A stretch of 64,000 nucleotides of DNA from Candidatus Latescibacterota bacterium (GTDB taxonomy: Bacteria; Latescibacterota; UBA2968; GCA-2709665): the NCBI GenBank assembly GCA_965219995.1, contig CBDCOX010000002.1:352001-416000 (forward strand), given 5' to 3'. Every line of letters begins with the position of its first letter. Position 1 is the stretch's first letter. The notes beneath the pieces are model-generated. The model was not told the DNA's origin. It did not search any database and saw only the letters and a list, made by a program, of their open reading frames with translations. Below, piece by piece: positions 18,757 to 27,569 of the stretch. Both the position numbers and the translations under genes were made by a program.

Positions 18757-18785
18757 AATATAGGACAGTGTGTAAGAAGGGTCAA
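18757..18785 (-). promoter_or_regulatory. Sigma70-type promoter for the 61-aa ORF
   Basis: Minus strand TTGACC-N17-TATATT. Confidence 0.65.
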
Positions 18786-18817
18786 GAGAAAAGGCGAAAA
18801 ATCGGGATTTCCCGCGG

Positions 18818-19765
18818 TCAGGAATGCGGCCCGCGCCGGGTCGGCGCGTCCATCAGCGCCCTGATCTGAGACTCGCGCGGCAGCGCGGCCTGGGCGCCGA
18901 TGCGGGTTACCGAGAGCGCGCCGGCGCTGTTCGCGAAGGCGACAGCATCCGGGAGGGGCCGCGCTGCGCCCAGTGCGGCCGCGAGCGCGCCGTTGAAAGC
19001 GTCACCGGCGCCAGTGGTGTCGCGAACGTCGACCGTGGGCGCCGGAACCAGCATTGCGTTCCGATCCGTCGCCAGAAGCGCGCCGCGTGCGCCAAGGGTG
19101 ATGATCACATTGTCAACCCCCCGGGCCATCAGGATGTCTGCGGCACGCCGCGCCGCTTTTTCGGTATCCGGACGAACGCCGGTCAGAATCTCGGCTTCCG
19201 TTTCGTTCGGCGTGAGTAGAAAGAGATCGGAGAGTAGACGATCCGGGAGGTCCCGCGCTGGCGCAGGATTGAGAATCACCGGGACCCCGTGGTCCCTCGC
19301 AATCCCCGCGGCATGGCGGACCGTCGGCAGGGGGGTTTCAAGCTGCAGGAGGCACACGGAGGCGCGGTCGAAGAGGGAACGCGCGGCGTCAATCTGAACG
19401 GGAGAAAGGGCGGCGTTGGCGCCTGGAACCACGGCAATGGTGTTCTCGCCCCTGCCGTCCACCAGGATCGAGGCGACGCCCGACGGCAGGTCCGGGTCTC
19501 TCATCACGCGGGTCGTGTCGATGCCCTCCGCTTCAAGGCAGCGCAGGGCGTCCGCGCCGTACGCATCCCTGCCGATTCTAGCAACGAAAGAGACGTGCGC
19601 GCCTGAACGGGCCGCCGCGACGGCCTGATTGGCGCCCTTGCCTCCCGGTAACGCGACAAACGTCTCCGCCATGATCGTCTCGCCGGGGCTCGGCAGGCTC
19701 GCCGATCGGACGATCAGGTCGGTATTGGAACTGCCAATGACCAGAACGAGCGGACGCGAAGCCAT
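18818..19765 (-). CDS. rbsK: Ribokinase
   Basis: GSSNTD, PGGKGANQAVA, LNPAPA, TPNETE, DTTGAGDAFNG. Confidence 0.92.
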   Translation of the reverse strand: MASRPLVLVIGSSNTDLIVRSASLPSPGETIMAETFVALPGGKGANQAVAAARSGAHVSFVARIGRDAYGADALRCLEAEGIDTTRVMRDPDLPSGVASILVDGRGENTIAVVPGANAALSPVQIDAARSLFDRASVCLLQLETPLPTVRHAAGIARDHGVPVILNPAPARDLPDRLLSDLFLLTPNETEAEILTGVRPDTEKAARRAADILMARGVDNVIITLGARGALLATDRNAMLVPAPTVDVRDTTGAGDAFNGALAAALGAARPLPDAVAFANSAGALSVTRIGAQAALPRESQIRALMDAPTRRGPHS

Positions 19766-19965
19766 GGTAGTCTCCGAATCAATTGACAGGCGCCGCAACG
19801 TGTGGGCTGCGGGAGAGACCGACCCGGTCTCGACCCGCCCCCGGACGCCACCGAAGCGATTCCGGACTGGAATGCAAGTTAACCCGGGCGGGTCGGTTTC
19901 GTCAAGATGAACCTGTGCGAATTCGTCCGGTGGTGACGGGAGCGTTCGGACCTCATTGTATTCTC

Positions 19966-19994
19966 TTGACTTGCCTGTGGGGTTTGCTTAAGTT
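19966..19994 (+). promoter_or_regulatory. Sigma70-type promoter upstream of candidate ncRNA/bamD
   Basis: TTGACT-N17-TAAGTT. Confidence 0.65.
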
Positions 19995-20000
19995 TTTCCA

Positions 20001-20186
20001 ATCTGCCTGAGAAGACGTTACATGAACCGGACGCTTCCGCGTACTCGGTCTGACCGGCCGGCAGGGTTTTCCGCAGGTCTTGTACGGAACCATCCACGGG
20101 TTTCCGGAGTCAAAGGTTAGAGCGTGGGCTTTACCGATTGACTGCAGGGAAAACGCCACTTGAAGACGTCCTGGTTGCAGGGCGGT
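20001..20186 (+). ncRNA. Candidate structured ncRNA (6S RNA-like rod with internal bubble)
   Basis: Hand folding: CTGCCTG/CAGGGCGG and GACGT/ACGTC closing stem; GTTTTCC/GGAAAAC, GCA/TGC, GTC/GAC, CCACG/CGTGG inner stem; about 185 nt; promoter and terminator present. Confidence 0.45.
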
Positions 20187-20202
20187 CGATCGCGCCGACC
20201 GT

Positions 20203-20238
20203 TCGGGGTTGGGATAAACACGGCCCCGATTTTCTGTT
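20203..20238 (+). terminator. Putative intrinsic terminator after candidate ncRNA
   Basis: CGGGGTTG...CGGCCCCG hairpin followed by ATTTTCTGTT. Confidence 0.5.
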
Positions 20239-20257
20239 ATTGCGGGGTATGAAGGGT

Positions 20258-21079
20258 ATGATGACGCGGTGTGTCATCGTTCTGTGTTCAATTGGCCTGC
20301 TGGCATTGGGCGGATGCGCCCAAAACAGGTATCGCCACCCGAGTGCGGACCTTTACCTGGAAAAGGCGAACGAGGCGTTGGAGAAGAAAGACTGCTGGGA
20401 GGCCCAAAAGCTGCTCCGCAATCTGCTGACGGACTTTCCGGGGTCCCATCTCGTCGACCGGGCCCAATATAAACTGGGCTTCGCATTTTTGTGCGACAAG
20501 GACTACGTGACGGCGGTATTTGAATTCGAGCGGCTGCTGAACGAGTTTCCCACCAGCCCGTTTGTCGACCAGGCGCGTTACCAGATCGGCGTGTGTTATT
20601 ACCGTCAGTCCCGGGGCATCCATCACGATCAGGATGAGACCCATAAGGCAATCAGGGAATTCGAACGGTTTATCGAGGATTTCCCCGACAGCGATCTCGT
20701 CCCGAGCACGCGTGACAGAATACTGGAGCTTCGGACCAAACTGGCGCAGAAGAAACTCATGGTTGCCCGGAACTACATTCAGTGGGACATGTTCGAATCC
20801 GCCGCGCGGTATTGTGAGATTGTCCTGAAGGAATTCAACGATACCCCGCTCGCAGCACAGGCCAGGTTTCTTCTCGCACGCGCAAAACACCACCTGGGTG
20901 CCCTGGACGAAGCGCTGGAGATGTTGAGGTTTCTGGCCGCGGACGGGGTCCAGGACGAACTGAAACGCGAAATTGCCGAAGAGATACGCCAGATAGAAAG
21001 ATCCCGGGCCGAACAGAAGACCGAACACCGGAAACCGGCGGCGAAGACGAATGGCTCCAGCGCCGCGAATGCCAGGTAA
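20258..21079 (+). CDS. bamD: Outer membrane protein assembly factor BamD (TPR lipoprotein)
   Basis: Lipobox LALGGC; TPR pattern FP.S..V..A.Y; DQDETHKAIREF..FIEDFP.S. Confidence 0.85.
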   Translation: MMTRCVIVLCSIGLLALGGCAQNRYRHPSADLYLEKANEALEKKDCWEAQKLLRNLLTDFPGSHLVDRAQYKLGFAFLCDKDYVTAVFEFERLLNEFPTSPFVDQARYQIGVCYYRQSRGIHHDQDETHKAIREFERFIEDFPDSDLVPSTRDRILELRTKLAQKKLMVARNYIQWDMFESAARYCEIVLKEFNDTPLAAQARFLLARAKHHLGALDEALEMLRFLAADGVQDELKREIAEEIRQIERSRAEQKTEHRKPAAKTNGSSAANAR

Positions 21080-21085
21080 GGCGGC

Positions 21086-21673
21086 ATGGGCGGAAGGATC
21101 GGCATTCTCGGCGGCACGTTTGATCCCGTTCATCTCGGCCATCTGATCATCGCCCAGGAAGCGCTGGCGCAATGTTGTCTGGACCGCGTCCTGTTCGTTC
21201 CCTCAGCGGACCCTCCCCACAAAAACGCCGCCGACGTGGCGCCGGCGGAAGCGCGCTCCAGAATGGTTGCGCTTGCTGTCGACGGTCAGCCCCGGTTTGA
21301 GCTGTGCCGGATCGAATTGGATCGTACCGGCAAGTCCTATACCGTTGAGACCCTGAGGCAGCTGCGTGGAAAACTCGGCTCCGCGACTGAATTCTATCTG
21401 ATCATCGGTGCGGATAACGCGCCGGAGATGTCGACATGGTGCGATCCCCAAGGAGTTCTGGACCTCGCCCACGTAACGGTGATGGGTCGCCCCGGGTTTC
21501 TTCCCGATGAAGTCGACAGACGAATAGCCGCTCGAATGCGTTTCCTGGAAACGCCGCTTATCGAGATCTCTTCGACACAGATCCGTTCCCGTATTCGTAC
21601 GGGCAAACCCATTCGATACTGGGTGCCGGACAAAGTCGTGCGGTATATCGAAGCGCACCGCCTCTACGGGTAG
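21086..21673 (+). CDS. nadD: Nicotinate-nucleotide adenylyltransferase
   Basis: GGTFDPVHLGH, PPHK, SYTVETL, IIGAD, ISST.IR. Confidence 0.95.
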   Translation: MGGRIGILGGTFDPVHLGHLIIAQEALAQCCLDRVLFVPSADPPHKNAADVAPAEARSRMVALAVDGQPRFELCRIELDRTGKSYTVETLRQLRGKLGSATEFYLIIGADNAPEMSTWCDPQGVLDLAHVTVMGRPGFLPDEVDRRIAARMRFLETPLIEISSTQIRSRIRTGKPIRYWVPDKVVRYIEAHRLYG

Positions 21674-21688
21674 AAGAACGAGAACACA

Positions 21689-21955
21689 ATGGCTGAATCC
21701 TCGGACGGCCATACTCAAAGCAGCGCCCAACTGGGCGGAAGCCCAGAGGGTCGCATCCAGCGGTATTTCTGTGTCGACGATGAAAAATACCACGCATTCG
21801 CCAGAGTTTCCAAAGACGCGACAGTATTGCGTCGGATTCCCAAGCGGATTCGGGTGATGGGCAAGGACGTGGACGGTTGGGTTGTGGAGGTGATGGTGCC
21901 CGCGACAGATGGCGTGGTTCGAGTGGATCCGCTTGAAGCACCGGACAAGATTTGA
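21689..21955 (+). CDS. Hypothetical protein (88 aa)
   Basis: ATG 16 nt after nadD, co-oriented; no recognised motif. Confidence 0.55.
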   Translation: MAESSDGHTQSSAQLGGSPEGRIQRYFCVDDEKYHAFARVSKDATVLRRIPKRIRVMGKDVDGWVVEVMVPATDGVVRVDPLEAPDKI

Positions 21956-22135
21956 GTTCCACGTCCATGGCGTTTGAACGCCAGCCCGGTCTTCCCATAC
22001 CGTAGCGCCACCCAGGGCGGCAATATCGGGGGGCAGGAAACTGCGGGAATATCGGTAGATCGACGGGCGTAGTCGGCGAATGCCGCGGACCATTGACCAG
22101 AGCTCCGAAACTCCGCGAGAAACTCAGGGGGCTGC

Positions 22136-22468
22136 ATGTTACTTTCGGACGGGGCCAACCGGAATGAGACGACCAGCGTGACGATCTTCGGGCGCAAGTA
22201 TCCCGTCCAAAGCCCAGAGTCGTCCGACTATACCCATCGGGTTGCCGATCTGGTCGATCGTCGGATGACGGAGATCGCCTCGCAGCAGAAGCTGGCCGAA
22301 CCCACAAAGATAGCCATCATCGCGGCACTGGATATCGCCGACAGGTTGTTGAAGGTTCGGACGGGACGCGAAGCGGCAGGCAGGCAGGCCGAACAGGCTG
22401 CCATGCGTCTGACCACGCTGCTGGACGACGAACACCGGGGCACTCGCGAGGAGTCGGATACGGCCTGA
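22136..22468 (+). CDS. zapA: Cell division protein ZapA
   Basis: VTIFGRKY.V, VA.LVD.RM.EI, KIAIIAALDIAD.L, then coiled coil. Confidence 0.85.
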   Translation: MLLSDGANRNETTSVTIFGRKYPVQSPESSDYTHRVADLVDRRMTEIASQQKLAEPTKIAIIAALDIADRLLKVRTGREAAGRQAEQAAMRLTTLLDDEHRGTREESDTA

Positions 22469-22501
22469 TTGCGAAGGTCGACGGGTGTGGGCAAGGTCGA
22501 A

Positions 22502-23224
22502 TCAGTGCGGGGCAGCCGGTGAGGATTCTGGCGCCTCCAGGAATCTGTATCTGAAGATCGTGTAGAGGATTTTCCAGCCCGCACGGATCGTCCCGCCTAT
22601 GGTTCCGGTAATCTTGGAAACGCCGATACGACGTCGGTAACTTACCGGAACGTCCAGGTGCCGGAAGCCCATCCGAGCCGCCTTCACCTGCATCTCCACC
22701 GTCCAGCCGAAAGTCCTGTCCTGCATATCGAGCGCGACAAGCGCCGGGTACGTGATGGCGCGAAATGGCCCGAGGTCGGTAAAGTGGGCGCCAAACAGGC
22801 GACGGATGAGCCACGTGGCCAGCCAGTTGCCGAAGCGGGCCTGTGGAAGCAGCGCGCCGGCCTCCCGGACGCCCAGCGTGCGCGACCCGATCACGAGGTC
22901 CGCCCGATTCTCAGCGATGGGCGCCACCAGAAGCGACATTTCATCGGGATGGTCACTGTAGTCGCCGTCCAGGAAGACCACAATATCGGGTTTCTCCAGG
23001 GCGGCGATGCCCGCCAGGCAAGCCCATCCGTATCCCCTTCGATGTTCGTGTACGATTCGGGCCCCCATCTGCCTGGCCAGGTCGACCGTACGGTCGGTGG
23101 AGCCGTTGTCCACCACCACCACGTCGGCATCGAGATGACTCGGAATATCGGACAGCACGTTCTGAATAGCGTCCTGCTCATTGAAAACCGGGATGACAAC
23201 GGAGATTTCGGGACGGGCGCGCAT
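22502..23224 (-). CDS. Glycosyltransferase family 2
   Basis: VVIPVFNE, VVDNGSTD, FLDGDYSD, TDLGPFRAI, GWTVEMQ. Confidence 0.92.
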   Translation of the reverse strand: MRARPEISVVIPVFNEQDAIQNVLSDIPSHLDADVVVVDNGSTDRTVDLARQMGARIVHEHRRGYGWACLAGIAALEKPDIVVFLDGDYSDHPDEMSLLVAPIAENRADLVIGSRTLGVREAGALLPQARFGNWLATWLIRRLFGAHFTDLGPFRAITYPALVALDMQDRTFGWTVEMQVKAARMGFRHLDVPVSYRRRIGVSKITGTIGGTIRAGWKILYTIFRYRFLEAPESSPAAPH

Positions 23225-23260
23225 GGAAGGAGAGTCTGTTCGTTTCGGGATGAAACACGT

Positions 23261-23461
23261 TTACTTCCGATCCGGCGGCTTTCGTATCATCCGGTTCGTT
23301 CTGGCGTTGCCTCGCCCCTTCAGGCGGGCGACCAGAATGAAGATGCAGAAGACAATGCCCAGGATAACGGTGCCGGCGACCTTGTCCGGATGGTCCGCAA
23401 GCCACATCAGCGCCAGCGTGATCAGCAGGCAGATGCCTGCGATGGTCGTTTCTCTGGTCAT
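23261..23461 (-). CDS. Small membrane protein (two TM helices)
   Basis: Two hydrophobic segments and a basic tail; AGAGGT RBS before ATG 23461. Confidence 0.6.
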   Translation of the reverse strand: MTRETTIAGICLLITLALMWLADHPDKVAGTVILGIVFCIFILVARLKGRGNARTNRMIRKPPDRK

Positions 23462-23528
23462 CGGATCCACCTCTTTTTCGGGTCGTGGGAGTCTTTCACC
23501 GGAAATCTAACGGACGACACGAGCATTG

Positions 23529-24734
23529 TCAATGGATTCGGCCGGGAGATGCGCCATCCGTAAGGGTTTCCGGGACGAGAAACGCAAAGGTGCCCGCGGC
23601 CATCAGGCCGAAACCAGCGATTGCAAACGTGGCGGGGGAGAGTCCCAGCAGATCGGCGATTCCGCCCACGACGAGGGGCGCGCCCATATGGCCCGTATCG
23701 CCGACCAGGCGCCAGGCCCCCAGAAATTCTCCGAACGATTCCCTCGGCGCAAGGTCCGCGCCGAGGGTCATCATGGAACCGGAGCCGATGCCGTTGCCCA
23801 GGCCCAGAAGCGTCGTGGCCAGAAGCAGCCCCGTAAAGTTCTGGGTGAGGGGTATGGCCGCCATGGCGACGGCCTGGATCAGGAAGCAGGGTACCATCGC
23901 GAACTTTCTTCCGAAACGGTCCATGACAAGGCCGGCCGGGTAGAAGAGCGACATGTCCGCCAGCGCGGAAACGGTGATGATCAATCCGATGGCCTGGACG
24001 TCCAGGCCGATCACGTCGGCGGCGTAAAGCGGTACGACGACGTGGCGTCCTGCCCGGATGGTCTGTGCGAAGAGCTGCCCCGAACCGGCGACCGCCAATT
24101 CTCGAAAATGCGTTTTGAAGATCGCCAGAACGGGTTTCACCCGGCCGCCGCGGGCCTGCCGGGCCGCGGGCGTCGGTTCGGTTTCAAACCACCATGCGGC
24201 GATGATAACGACAAGAGCCGCCAGAACCCCGAATACGAGAAACGGGGCTTCCAGACCGTAAGATAAGGCGAGTGCGCCGCCCGGCAGGGGACCCGCGAAG
24301 GTTCCGATGCGTTGAATCCCGCCGAAGATCGAGAGCGCCCGTCCGCGGTGAAATACAGGGACGGCGTCCGCCAGATAGGCGTGACAGGAGATATGCCAGA
24401 GGGAACCGCCGACGCCGGCGGCAAGACGGTAGCACACGACTTCGTTGATGTCCTGCGCCCAGAACAGCGCGAGCGTGGACAAGGCGACGCAGCTTACGCC
24501 AAGAACCATCACGGGCTTCCGACCGAAGTTCCCGAGCAGAAACCCTGCAGGCAGCGCGGCGACCAGCCTGCCCACGCCTTCGGCGGCCAGGACGCCGCCG
24601 ATGAGGCCGTACGACGCACCGAAGGTCTTTGCATAGAGCGGAAGGATGGGAATGAGCATTCCGTTGCCGAACATCAACAGCAGCGACGGAACGTAGACGG
24701 GCAAAACGAGGGGATTGCGGATGGGTTTCGTCAT
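23529..24734 (-). CDS. MFS transporter
   Basis: About 12 TM segments; G.L..FGRK and GLVMDRFGRK motifs. Confidence 0.9.
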   Translation of the reverse strand: MTKPIRNPLVLPVYVPSLLLMFGNGMLIPILPLYAKTFGASYGLIGGVLAAEGVGRLVAALPAGFLLGNFGRKPVMVLGVSCVALSTLALFWAQDINEVVCYRLAAGVGGSLWHISCHAYLADAVPVFHRGRALSIFGGIQRIGTFAGPLPGGALALSYGLEAPFLVFGVLAALVVIIAAWWFETEPTPAARQARGGRVKPVLAIFKTHFRELAVAGSGQLFAQTIRAGRHVVVPLYAADVIGLDVQAIGLIITVSALADMSLFYPAGLVMDRFGRKFAMVPCFLIQAVAMAAIPLTQNFTGLLLATTLLGLGNGIGSGSMMTLGADLAPRESFGEFLGAWRLVGDTGHMGAPLVVGGIADLLGLSPATFAIAGFGLMAAGTFAFLVPETLTDGASPGRIH

Positions 24735-24871
24735 TGGGTTCCAGAGGGTGCGGGGGATCCGGAAGACGGGTATGTTAAACAGCGGACGGGGTTTTGTCAA
24801 GGAGCGCCTGGGTTTGAACGGGCGCAGTCGTACGACACGCCGTGTACAATTTCGGGAAGGCAGGTTCAACC

Positions 24872-25834
24872 ATGAAGATTGTCCTGTGTCCGCCGGTGAA
24901 CGAAGCGTTGTGTGAGCAAGTGCGCCAGGCCGCGCCCGGGGCGGAAGTCGTGATGGCGGCGATGGATGAAGCCCCCGCGGTCGTGGGAGACGCCGACGTG
25001 ATATTCGGCATGTATACGGAGGAGATCATCCGCGCGGCCCGGCAGGTCAGTTGGATCCAGACCACCAGCGCGGGCATGGACATGTTAATGGACATACCCG
25101 GCGTCCGGGAGGCCGATTTCAGGTTGAGCAACGCCAGCGGGTTGCACGCCCTTCAGGTGGCGGAACACGCCTGGGCGCTGACGTCGGCCCTGTTCCGGGG
25201 CCTGCACGTAACCGTGCGAAATCAGCTTGCGCACGAATGGAAGGGCGCGCCGATCCGGGATCTGTACGGGGCCACGGCCGGGATCGTGGGATTCGGCGGA
25301 ATCGGGCGGCGGTACGCCCGGCTGGCCACGGGATTCGATATGCGAATTCTCGCAGTTGACGTGCAGCAGTCGGAAGTGCCCGATTACGTGGAGGCGCTGT
25401 GGGGAACGGATCGGCTGGAAGCATTGCTGGCGGAATCCGACGTCGTGTTTATCGCTTGTCCCTGTACGCCGCAGACCGAGAGGCTGATCGATGCGCGTGC
25501 GTTTCGCATGATGAAGAATTCGGCCTTCCTGGTCAATACGGCACGAGGCCCGATCGTCGACGAGGCGGCGCTGATCGATGCGCTGATGTCCGGTGAGATC
25601 GCCGGCGCGGGCCTGGACGTCTTCGAGACCGAGCCGCTGCCGGAGACCAGCCCGCTCTGGGAAATGGAAAACGTGATCATCACCACCCACTCGGCGGGTG
25701 TATCGAGCTACCGCCCGCAACGCACGGTCGACTTCTTCTGCGAGAATCTGAGACGGTTTCTGGCGGGGAAGCCGCTGTTGAACGAGACGGGCCGGGAACT
25801 GGGATATCCCACGCTGGAAAGCCGCGTCGATTGA
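24872..25834 (+). CDS. D-2-hydroxyacid dehydrogenase
   Basis: GIVGFGGIG, VNTARG, GLDVFETEPL, TTHSAG. Confidence 0.92.
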   Translation: MKIVLCPPVNEALCEQVRQAAPGAEVVMAAMDEAPAVVGDADVIFGMYTEEIIRAARQVSWIQTTSAGMDMLMDIPGVREADFRLSNASGLHALQVAEHAWALTSALFRGLHVTVRNQLAHEWKGAPIRDLYGATAGIVGFGGIGRRYARLATGFDMRILAVDVQQSEVPDYVEALWGTDRLEALLAESDVVFIACPCTPQTERLIDARAFRMMKNSAFLVNTARGPIVDEAALIDALMSGEIAGAGLDVFETEPLPETSPLWEMENVIITTHSAGVSSYRPQRTVDFFCENLRRFLAGKPLLNETGRELGYPTLESRVD

Positions 25835-25865
25835 CCTGTACCACCCGATTCCGGAGAGATGGAAG

Positions 25866-27197
25866 ATGGCGGAAATAAGGGCCTTTCGCGGAATCCGATA
25901 CGCGACCGACAGGATAGGCGACGTTGGGGACGTGGTCTCGCCGCCCTACGATGTTATCGACACCTCGATGCAACGGGCGCTGTACAACGCTCATCCCAAC
26001 AACATCGTACGCATTATTCAGGGCGAGGTCTACACAGGAGACTCGGTCGACGAAAACCGGTACACCCGTGCCGCGGAGACTTATCGAAGCTGGCTTGAAC
26101 AGGGTGTCCTGGTCCGGGACCGGGAGGAAGGGATTTATCTGTACGCACAGGATTTCCACGTCAGTACTCCCGATGGGACAACAAAGAAGACAAGGCTGGG
26201 GATCGTCGCGCTGGTGCGTGCGGATGCATTGGGAGAAGGCGCAATCCTGCCGCACGAGAATACGATGCCGGGTCCGAAGGCGGACCGGCTGGCGCTGATG
26301 CGGCACACCCGGGCTGCATTCGGCCAGATCTTTTCGTTATACTCCGACCCCGACGGCCGGGTGGGGGATATCGTGGCGCCGGTCCTGGAAAACGCACCGC
26401 TTTTCGCGTTCACGGGGGATGATGGCGTAGGACACCGCTTCTGGCGGGTAACCGATCGGGCGACCGTAGACGGCGTCGCCCGATCGCTGAAAGACAGGCC
26501 GTTCTTCATCGCCGACGGCCATCACCGATACGAAACCGCGGTGGTCTACCGCGATGAACGCGCAGCGGCCGAAGGCGGGCAGTGGCAGGGCAGGCCCTAC
26601 GGGTACCGGATGCAGACTCTCGTGAACATGGACGATACGGAGGGGATGGCCATCAATGCGATTCACCGGGTGGTCGTGGATCTGGGACCCGGCGGAGTCG
26701 CCGGCCTCGTCAGCCGTATGGCGAAACTCTGTGACGTCGAACGGGCACCCCTCCCGGATACCCGGTCGGTACTGGGGGAGCTGAGACGGCGCGGCGCCGG
26801 CGGAACCGTGTTCGGATTTTGCCATGGAAACTGCGGCGAAGTCCACTATCTGAGATTGAAGCGCGGCGTTCGGCCGTCCGATCTGGATGACGGGGGACAT
26901 TCGGAAGCCTGGCGGGGCCTGGATACGGGTTTGCTGCAACTGGTTCTGGGCAGGGTACTGGATCTGGACCCTGAGACATTGACCAGAGGTGAAAAGGTGA
27001 AATTCGTCAAGGTCGAAAGCGAAGTGCTGGACCTGGTGAGGGCGGCGCCCGATCGGGCGGGTTTCTTTCTGAATCCCACGGGCATGGAGCAACTGCGCGA
27101 CGTTGTGCTGGCCGGCGAGCGTATGCCTCCCAAGTCCACGTTTTTTTATCCAAAAGTGTATTCGGGACTGGTGATACAGGACCTGCAGTCGTTCTGA
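25866..27197 (+). CDS. DUF1015 family protein
   Basis: IRAFRGIRY, SPPYDVI, LPHE.T, FIADGHHRY, MPPKSTFFYPK. Confidence 0.9.
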   Translation: MAEIRAFRGIRYATDRIGDVGDVVSPPYDVIDTSMQRALYNAHPNNIVRIIQGEVYTGDSVDENRYTRAAETYRSWLEQGVLVRDREEGIYLYAQDFHVSTPDGTTKKTRLGIVALVRADALGEGAILPHENTMPGPKADRLALMRHTRAAFGQIFSLYSDPDGRVGDIVAPVLENAPLFAFTGDDGVGHRFWRVTDRATVDGVARSLKDRPFFIADGHHRYETAVVYRDERAAAEGGQWQGRPYGYRMQTLVNMDDTEGMAINAIHRVVVDLGPGGVAGLVSRMAKLCDVERAPLPDTRSVLGELRRRGAGGTVFGFCHGNCGEVHYLRLKRGVRPSDLDDGGHSEAWRGLDTGLLQLVLGRVLDLDPETLTRGEKVKFVKVESEVLDLVRAAPDRAGFFLNPTGMEQLRDVVLAGERMPPKSTFFYPKVYSGLVIQDLQSF

Positions 27198-27233
27198 CAG
27201 CGACCGCGAATCCAGGAAAAATCACACGGGAAC

Positions 27234-27259
27234 AAGGGGCGCCATGCGCCCTTTTTTTT
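27234..27259 (+). terminator. Intrinsic terminator
   Basis: AAGGGGCGC-cat-GCGCCCTT followed by T-tract. Confidence 0.8.
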
Positions 27260-27288
27260 GAATCGGTCCGAAGGCTGGACTCAACTCT

Positions 27289-27540
27289 TAAGGTGAACTA
27301 TTCACGACCACCCAAGATTTTGATGTATAACGGGTTGTTTTTCAATAAATTCAGTGGAGTATTATGCGACGGCATTTCAAGAATTTCGAAACTGATTGGT
27401 CAGGGTGATGTTTCGTAGCCCACGGAGGCAAGGATCCATCAGTTTGGCCCGGAGTCGTGAGCATTTGTCCTGCTTCTGGTCTTTATCCTGTTCATCCTGT
27501 CCATCCCTGTTAGTTAAGGTTTCGTGAATTATTCAGGTTA
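27289..27540 (-). mobile_element. MITE-like element, copy 1 (about 250 bp, imperfect 19-bp TIRs)
   Basis: Ends TAAGGTGAACTATTCACGA / TCGTGAATTATTCAGGTTA (15/19 inverted match); internal ACAGGATG(G/A) 9-mers; AT-rich; homologous to 43167 and 50608 copies. Confidence 0.7.
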
Positions 27541-27569
27541 CGTGTGTTTCGCAGGAAACCGGAGCGAAA

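Noticed and set aside
20138-20257. N-terminal extension of bamD in the ORF track
   Set aside because: Lipoprotein signal begins at about 20249-20261; the upstream part overlaps the structured RNA and terminator
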